Made by a program: the position numbers and the translations under genes
Part shown: positions 58,152 to 64,000 of the stretch, in pieces
Position numbering within the stretch: the first letter of the stretch is position 1
How the letters are laid out: every line of letters starts with the position of its first letter
From: Polyangiaceae bacterium
Lineage (GTDB): Bacteria > Myxococcota_A > Polyangia > Polyangiales > Polyangiaceae
Assembly (NCBI GenBank): GCA_050287085.1
Contig: JBNKBE010000001.1
Coordinates: forward strand, 256,001 to 320,000
DNA length: 64,000 bases
Reading direction: 5' to 3'
The notes under the pieces: model-generated
Told to the model about the DNA's origin: nothing
Databases searched by the model: none
The model's input: only the letters and a program-made list of their open reading frames with translations

Positions 58152-60068
58152 ATGAAGCAGTTCTGGCTTGGCGCGACCAGCGTCTGCTGCGCACTACTGG
58201 GCATGACCCGCACAAGCGCCGCGCTCGACACCGGGCTACAGGTTGCCGGCCAACCCCTCAACGTCGCTGCTACAGACGTAACGAGCGTGGTCATCAATGG
58301 CAACAACCGCAACAGCCGCGGGGGCGACATCGCGTCCGAGCTGGACGACGATTGGAGCCTTGTCCATCACCGGCTGTACTTGCAGTCCTCCAACCTGAGC
58401 CCCGCGTTACCCTTGAGATTCAGCCTGCGGCTCGACACGGCCCTCTTTCCGTGGAGCCGAAGCCCCGTAGGCGTTGCGCTGGCCCTGACAGATCGAGCGC
58501 GTTCGGGTCCGGGATACTCCGCTGCCGACGCCGACTACTTCCGCACCAAACTGAGTCAAGGCGGAACGGACCTAGCGTCGCGCTTCGTCAGCTGGACCTA
58601 CCCTGCCAAGTGGCAGCTCAGCTACCACGGCCAGCGCGGTGCTGTCACCGTGGGAGACTTCAGCGAACAGTTTGGGCGTGGTTTGGTCCTGAGCGTCCGG
58701 AAGAATGACGAGCTGCAAGGCGATACCAGTATTCGGGGGATTCGCCTTCGGGGCCACGTCGACTTCCACCCTACGGACTCGCCACTACGAGCCAGCGCGA
58801 CGGTATTGGGCGGCACGCTGAACCCACTGCGCCTGGATCCGAGCAGTGGACGCATCCTGGGCACGACGCCCTCCGTGCTCCGAGGTCTTGGTCCTGTCAC
58901 GGAGTTTGGCATGCCCAGAGCCATCGCCACAGACTTCGGTCCAGCAGCCCCCAACTTTGCGCCCGACAGCGTGTTTGGCGGCGAAGTCAGCTTGTCGCAC
59001 GCCGGGCGCAGCCTGAGCTTCGCGGCCATCCAACTGCGGCGTCCGTGCGTCCGCGCGGGCGAGACATGCCATTCGCTGGCGGCCGACCGCGTGCGAGCCG
59101 CCCCCAGCATAACCCAAGGAAGTGCGGCGCTGGACTTGCCGACCCTCCCCGACTCCGCGTTATACGTAGAAGCGGCTTGGCAGCAATTGGAGGCCCGAAG
59201 CGGCACTCGCAACCCCAAAATGGGATATGCCGCCTACGGCAGCCTAAACACCGAGTTGGGATCGGTGGCGCTCACGCTCGAGGCAAAACACTACCGGGCG
59301 TTCTTTCCGCTGAGGGCCAGCGTGGACTTGGGCCGTGCGAGAGAGTTTTCGCAACTGCAATACAGCACGCCACCAACCACCGAGCCCGTGTGGAACGATA
59401 CGGAGTTCGAAGGTTTCAACACGTGCGTCAGTGGGGGACGAGCCAAAGCTGACTACCACTTTTCTCGTCGCCACAGCGCATTCGCTTGGCTCGCCCACTA
59501 CCGCACCTGGGCCGAAAGTAGCGCCGCCGACGACTGCCGAATCACCCGGGAGAACGAGAACGCCGTCTGGGATGCGGCTCAAGGGGTGTCGCTCAGCTCG
59601 CGGAACAATGGCTTGACCGCGACGACCAGTGTTGGAACCCGCTTCGACGATACGGCCCGCGCTCTGGCCGGTTTCGGAGCTGGTTCACACGTTTTCTACC
59701 GGGAAGTGTACACCCGCTACGACCTCGGGGCCCGGCTTGGCAATGGGGTCTCGCTGCAGCTGCTTGGACTGGCACGACGCCGGCGACAAACCCTCGGAGG
59801 CCCCACGGCGCCCTGGTGGCAGGGGCAAAACTCACTGGCACTGCGGCTCGGCAACGCCTGGTGGATGGCCGCTGGCTTCGACTACACGCAGAACCCCGCC
59901 TTTCCGCCCACCTACGTCAATGGGCAACTCAAATACAGCCTGTCAACGGCTGACAGCATCGCGCTATTTGCCGGGCAGCGCCAGGGTGGACTGCGCTGCG
60001 TCTCGGGCGTGTGTCGAGTCTTCCCCCCCTTCGAGGGGGCAAGACTCGAGGCTACGTTTCGCTTCTAG
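58152..60068 (+). CDS. Outer-membrane beta-barrel protein, DUF6029-like
   Basis: Signal peptide; TVGDFSEQFGRGLVL; C-terminal GQRQGGLRCVSGVCRVFPPFEG..TFRF ending in Phe. Confidence 0.72.
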   Translation: MKQFWLGATSVCCALLGMTRTSAALDTGLQVAGQPLNVAATDVTSVVINGNNRNSRGGDIASELDDDWSLVHHRLYLQSSNLSPALPLRFSLRLDTALFPWSRSPVGVALALTDRARSGPGYSAADADYFRTKLSQGGTDLASRFVSWTYPAKWQLSYHGQRGAVTVGDFSEQFGRGLVLSVRKNDELQGDTSIRGIRLRGHVDFHPTDSPLRASATVLGGTLNPLRLDPSSGRILGTTPSVLRGLGPVTEFGMPRAIATDFGPAAPNFAPDSVFGGEVSLSHAGRSLSFAAIQLRRPCVRAGETCHSLAADRVRAAPSITQGSAALDLPTLPDSALYVEAAWQQLEARSGTRNPKMGYAAYGSLNTELGSVALTLEAKHYRAFFPLRASVDLGRAREFSQLQYSTPPTTEPVWNDTEFEGFNTCVSGGRAKADYHFSRRHSAFAWLAHYRTWAESSAADDCRITRENENAVWDAAQGVSLSSRNNGLTATTSVGTRFDDTARALAGFGAGSHVFYREVYTRYDLGARLGNGVSLQLLGLARRRRQTLGGPTAPWWQGQNSLALRLGNAWWMAAGFDYTQNPAFPPTYVNGQLKYSLSTADSIALFAGQRQGGLRCVSGVCRVFPPFEGARLEATFRF

Positions 60069-60098
60069 GATGCTGGCGCGCTTCAGCGCTCGTGGAGC

Positions 60099-60797
60099 TC
60101 AATCGAAGCTGACGCCATCGACACCAACGCCTTCCGGGTCCGCGCTGAGTGCCACGACGAGGCTCGCGCCATCACGGCTGAGCACAAGCTCCACGAGCGT
60201 TCCAAGCGGCAGCACGCCCCCCTCCAGTTCGGGTGCGGCCTTTTCGATTTGCCACGGGAAGTACCCAAACGCGAGCACCTCGTCTTCGCGATACAAGAGC
60301 CGAAGCACGGGCTCATAGCCCGCCTCCGGCGCCGAAACACCACCGAGCAGAGAATAGGATCGCCGCCCCGTGTCCACGTGCAAACAAACGCTCCCCGAGC
60401 CGAAGCCGGACCCGTCATCCTCAGGCGCTACCCGGGCGTCTCCTCCGGCATCCGCGCCGGGCGCAGGGGTCAGCTCACCTTCTGTCGGCGCCATGTCGAC
60501 CACCGCACCAGGCGTCAACAGACTAGCGGCATCGATATCGGGTATGCCCGCATCCGCGTGCTTCGGTCGCGGCGGGCTAGCGCCGGCATCATCCGGGTCG
60601 GACCTAGGTGGAGTGCTCGTGCCCCCGTCGGGGGACGGCCCCGGGGGAGCAGCGCCGCCGCCATCGTCGTCGCTGCTCCGATCCGGTGGGCCCGCGTCAA
60701 GCTTTTTGCTCTCATTGGAACACCCCGCGAACGATAATGTCAGGACGGCAAGCCCACAGCGGAGCGACAGGCGGTAATAACGCAACCCAATAGGCAT
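60099..60797 (-). CDS. Hypothetical lipoprotein with Pro/Asp/Gly linker
   Basis: Lipobox FAGC; ATG at 60797. Confidence 0.55.
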   Translation of the reverse strand: MPIGLRYYRLSLRCGLAVLTLSFAGCSNESKKLDAGPPDRSSDDDGGGAAPPGPSPDGGTSTPPRSDPDDAGASPPRPKHADAGIPDIDAASLLTPGAVVDMAPTEGELTPAPGADAGGDARVAPEDDGSGFGSGSVCLHVDTGRRSYSLLGGVSAPEAGYEPVLRLLYREDEVLAFGYFPWQIEKAAPELEGGVLPLGTLVELVLSRDGASLVVALSADPEGVGVDGVSFD

Positions 60798-61093
60798 CTG
60801 GCCAGTATTCCACGCGTCTGCCCCTTTGCCCAGCCGCACGGCGGCGCGTCCCAACACAGGCCCCTCAGGTCTCCCCAGTGCCGGATCGGTGCGCACACCT
60901 TGACTTCTCGACTCCATGCACCGGCCCGCTGGGGTTGGCCCGCCCCCGTGAGCTACGAGGGTCAACCACAGCCTCCTACCAGGCTCACGACATCCCGCCG
61001 TGTTTGCCACCAAGCGAGTCCGATAGTGCTACTCTGATGCCGAGACGCTCCCGGTCTGGTCGGTTCCGGGATACAGGTAGGAAACGAGCGAGA

Positions 61094-64000
61094 ATGTTCA
61101 GACGCGAGCTCCCAGCCCAGACGCCCCCAACACCAGACCGCGCCGCTTTGTCGTCGCGGACGGGCACGTCGCCCCACGGTGCTTTGTCCACCACGCATCG
61201 AGGTGCAGCCCTCTTCGCGGCAGCGCTGCTCCTCGCAGCCACGGGCTGCGAAGAGCAGGCACCGGACGCCGCAGACATCGACCTCGAGCCGGCTGAGCTT
61301 CATACCTGCATCGATCAGGACGGAGACGGCTTCGGCCGTGGCTGCGATCTGGGTCGAGACTGTGACGATGCCGATCCGGACGTGACCACCGATTGCTGGC
61401 TCGCCAATTGCGAAACCACACCTACCGCCCCTGGCTGCGCCTGTGACGCCGCTGGCACGGTGATCGACTGCGGCGAAATGCACTCTGTGATCGACGATCG
61501 TGCGTTGTGCGGCTACGGCGCCCAACTGTGCGACGACGGACAGTGGAGCGGATGCCGGCTTACGGGAGTGAAACCGACACGCACGCTGACCGCCCTGGTA
61601 GATCCAAACGACTGCCCCGGCAACCCGTGCGATCCGTACTGCAAAGAGTTCATCACGACGCCCACCTACACGTCGGACACCACGGCAGTCGAATGCGCGC
61701 CGGACCCGAGTTGTCGCGATGGTGTGATGAATCAGGGCGAGCAAGGCGTCGACTGCGGCGGCGAGTGCGTCCGAGACTGCAGCGTCAACTCCATGCTCCT
61801 GCATGAGACTTTCAATGGCACTCCGATCGTCGTCTACAAAGACGATACCTTCGGTGCCACCAACGCTCCGGACTCCGCCAGCGGCGTCGTCGAAGCCGGA
61901 GTGGGACGCATTCGTCTCGGTCAACAGGTGGGAAGTGGCAGCAACTCCGGCGCCTGGATGGGGCGCTTCACTGCAGACGCTCCGGTCAACGTCAGCTTCG
62001 ATTGGAAGATCGAGATGGGCGAAGGCTTCACCGCAACCCAGTGCGGTGAAGTCAATACCCAGGTCGACGGCCGCTACTACGCGAGCGCCGTTGACTGGGT
62101 GGTACAGAATTGCGGTGAGCAAACACAAAGCGGAACGTTCTCATTTACGACGATCGCTCTCACCAGCGGCGAACATACCTTGCTGGTAGGTGGCTGGCTG
62201 AGCGGCAACAGCGCGACCAACAGCACGACAGAACTACTCGTCCAGAACTACTCGAACTACTCGAACCCGGTGGCGACCGGTGGTGACGCGGGACGGGGTG
62301 GTGACCTGGGTTTCGAAACCTGCAGCAGCACGGAGTGCAGCTATTATCAGGGCAGTACCGACGCCGGTGACACGATCACCTGGTTGTACGACGCGCCCAG
62401 CGACGGCAGCTATGCCGTCAAAATTCGAAATGCCGCAGTGGGTCCTTGGACCGCAAACCTACTTCTGGATGGGACCACAGTTAGAACGCTCAGTGCCAAT
62501 TCCACCGGCGGCATGGAAACGTGGTCGTGGTTGACAAGTTCATCCTTCACGACCACGGGCGGCACCCACACGCTTGGGCTCGAATACACCTCCGGGCAAG
62601 TTAACGTCAATCGTCTCGAAGTGGTCGAGCCCGCAGCCGGCCCGCAGTCGGTGATCACCGTCGACAACATTCGGGTGACAGCGACCAATATTGACGGCTG
62701 CGCGAACGCCGTCTGCGATGGGACCGAGAACTGCACCAATTGCCCCTCCGACTGCGGTGACTGCCCCATCGGTGGCTATTGCGGCGATGCCATCTGCGAA
62801 GCCACTGAGACGTGCGGCACTTGCGCCAGCGATTGTGGTAGCTGCAGCGTCGGCTGCGGCAACGGCACCTGCGACGGCGCTGAAACCTGCAGCAGCTGCA
62901 GTAGCGACTGCGGTGACTGCCCTGGCGACTGCGGCAATGGCGTATGTGACAGTGGTGAGTCCTGTTCCACCTGCGACACCGACTGCGGCACTTGCGTTTG
63001 CGGGGACGGCGAGTGTACCGGGACCGAAGATTGCTCGACGTGCGCGACCGACTGCGGCGCCTGTGACTTCTGCGGCAACGGCAGTTGCGACACGGGTGAG
63101 ACGTGCACCAATTGCGAAACCGACTGCGGTAGCTGCGCGAGCCCATCGCCGGCGCGCGTGTTTTTCGAAACGGAGTGCGCGACAGCGGCTGTCGGGGCTT
63201 ACGCAACGCCCGTCGGCACGTCACCGCAATATGTCGAAAGCGTCAGCGATACCGACACTGAACCTGGCACTGACCAAGCAAGTTATGCCGCGACGCTCGC
63301 TGCGGGCACCTACCAAGCGTATTTTCTCGTCGATACGGGCGGAAGCGCCAGCGACGACTCTTGGTATTGGCGTGTGCCGGGGGTAGCCAGCACCTGGAAT
63401 CTGGAGGACGGTCATGCCACCGCCGGCTGGTCGTGGGTGGTCGGGGGATCGACGATCAACATTCCGAGCGATGGCCTCTACACCCTGGAAGTCGCTAGCC
63501 GTGAGGACGGCCTGAAGATCGACCAGGTGGCGTTGGTACAAAACGGCGAGACACCACCCGCTGGAGCAACGCCCGAAAGCGCCTACAATTGCGCTCCAGC
63601 AACCTGTGGCAACGGCAGCTGCGAAACGGGAGAAGACTGCAGCAACTGCGCCACCGACTGCGGCGCCTGCGTGCCCCTGTGTGGTGACGGAAGCTGCGAC
63701 GGGGCTGAAACCTGCGCCACCTGCGGCACCGACTGCGGCGCGTGTCCGAGCCCGCCCCAATGCGGCGATGGTACCTGCGATGCAGAAGAGAATTGCAGCG
63801 CCTGTGCTGCCGATTGCGGGGCTTGTCCCGTCTGCGGTGATGGTACCTGTGAGGCGCCCGAAGGCTGCAGCAACTGCGCCACCGACTGCGGCGCCTGCGC
63901 CGTGTCCCGCTGTGGCGATAGCACCTGTGATCCGGACGAGGACTGCAGTCTATGCGCCTTGGACTGCGGGGTGTGCCCTCTGCCCCCCGCCTGCGGTGAC
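61094..64000 (+). CDS. Large Cys-rich surface lipoprotein (MopE-like motif, CBM6-like and second CBM-like domains, CGDGxC repeats); 3'-truncated, absent from the ORF track
   Basis: Frame 2 is open to the window end (969 codons): AATGC lipobox, CIDQDGDGFG..DCDD, CRDGVMNQGEQGVDCGG, TGGMETW..GTHTL..NVNRLEV, TLEVASREDGLKIDQV, at least 11 six-Cys repeats. Confidence 0.85.
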   Translation, partial: MFRRELPAQTPPTPDRAALSSRTGTSPHGALSTTHRGAALFAAALLLAATGCEEQAPDAADIDLEPAELHTCIDQDGDGFGRGCDLGRDCDDADPDVTTDCWLANCETTPTAPGCACDAAGTVIDCGEMHSVIDDRALCGYGAQLCDDGQWSGCRLTGVKPTRTLTALVDPNDCPGNPCDPYCKEFITTPTYTSDTTAVECAPDPSCRDGVMNQGEQGVDCGGECVRDCSVNSMLLHETFNGTPIVVYKDDTFGATNAPDSASGVVEAGVGRIRLGQQVGSGSNSGAWMGRFTADAPVNVSFDWKIEMGEGFTATQCGEVNTQVDGRYYASAVDWVVQNCGEQTQSGTFSFTTIALTSGEHTLLVGGWLSGNSATNSTTELLVQNYSNYSNPVATGGDAGRGGDLGFETCSSTECSYYQGSTDAGDTITWLYDAPSDGSYAVKIRNAAVGPWTANLLLDGTTVRTLSANSTGGMETWSWLTSSSFTTTGGTHTLGLEYTSGQVNVNRLEVVEPAAGPQSVITVDNIRVTATNIDGCANAVCDGTENCTNCPSDCGDCPIGGYCGDAICEATETCGTCASDCGSCSVGCGNGTCDGAETCSSCSSDCGDCPGDCGNGVCDSGESCSTCDTDCGTCVCGDGECTGTEDCSTCATDCGACDFCGNGSCDTGETCTNCETDCGSCASPSPARVFFETECATAAVGAYATPVGTSPQYVESVSDTDTEPGTDQASYAATLAAGTYQAYFLVDTGGSASDDSWYWRVPGVASTWNLEDGHATAGWSWVVGGSTINIPSDGLYTLEVASREDGLKIDQVALVQNGETPPAGATPESAYNCAPATCGNGSCETGEDCSNCATDCGACVPLCGDGSCDGAETCATCGTDCGACPSPPQCGDGTCDAEENCSACAADCGACPVCGDGTCEAPEGCSNCATDCGACAVSRCGDSTCDPDEDCSLCALDCGVCPLPPACGD

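Noticed and set aside
60962..62128. 388-aa minus-strand ORF and the QSPQ/QVP-repeat ORFs at 62410-63924
   Set aside because: Antisense shadows of the large plus-strand Cys-rich gene
1..64000. rRNA, tRNA, prophage, intact transposase or integrase
   Set aside because: None recognisable by eye; tRNAscan-SE, Infernal and an HMM search would be needed to exclude them formally

Overview
High-GC bacterial chromosomal window. Gene content points to a myxobacterium (Myxococcota, probably Polyangiales-like): a Ser/Thr kinase with a DUF4388-like domain, FHA-GGDEF proteins, a TPR/PEGA protein, Gly/Ala-linker lipoproteins and CGDGxC Cys-repeats. This assignment is an inference. In order, the window holds: the 3' end of uvrA; an S1-domain protein; a motility/signalling region at 2.4-13.8 kb (minimal flagellin, cheY plus a CheX-like gene, two diguanylate cyclases, an FHA protein, a small Flg_bbr_C-like protein and an unannotated 47-aa ORF), in which five genes share a sigma28/FliA-like promoter; a homolog of fungal sphingolipid C9-methyltransferase; a kinase; Cip1-like and SGNH-esterase lipoproteins; two Hsp20 genes; two tandem Opp-type ABC operons, one ATPase being fused to TM helices and a GspG-pseudopilin-like domain; PpiC, SMUG1 and DUF2505 genes; a DoxX / SigG-type ECF sigma / VOC module with two matching CGATGA-N18-GTC promoters; a probable integrase-less integron cassette pair (a HEPN-motif protein with a 150-bp attC, and a frameshifted Yip1-signal peptidase fusion lacking its catalytic Ser); a nonulosonic-acid cluster; the full nqrA-F-apbE-nqrM operon; a lipoprotein / thioredoxin / DUF6029-like barrel operon; and the first ~970 codons of a large Cys-rich, CBM-containing lipoprotein missed by the ORF track. 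I found no rRNA, tRNA or CRISPR array. All family calls come from motif recognition by eye, not database searches.
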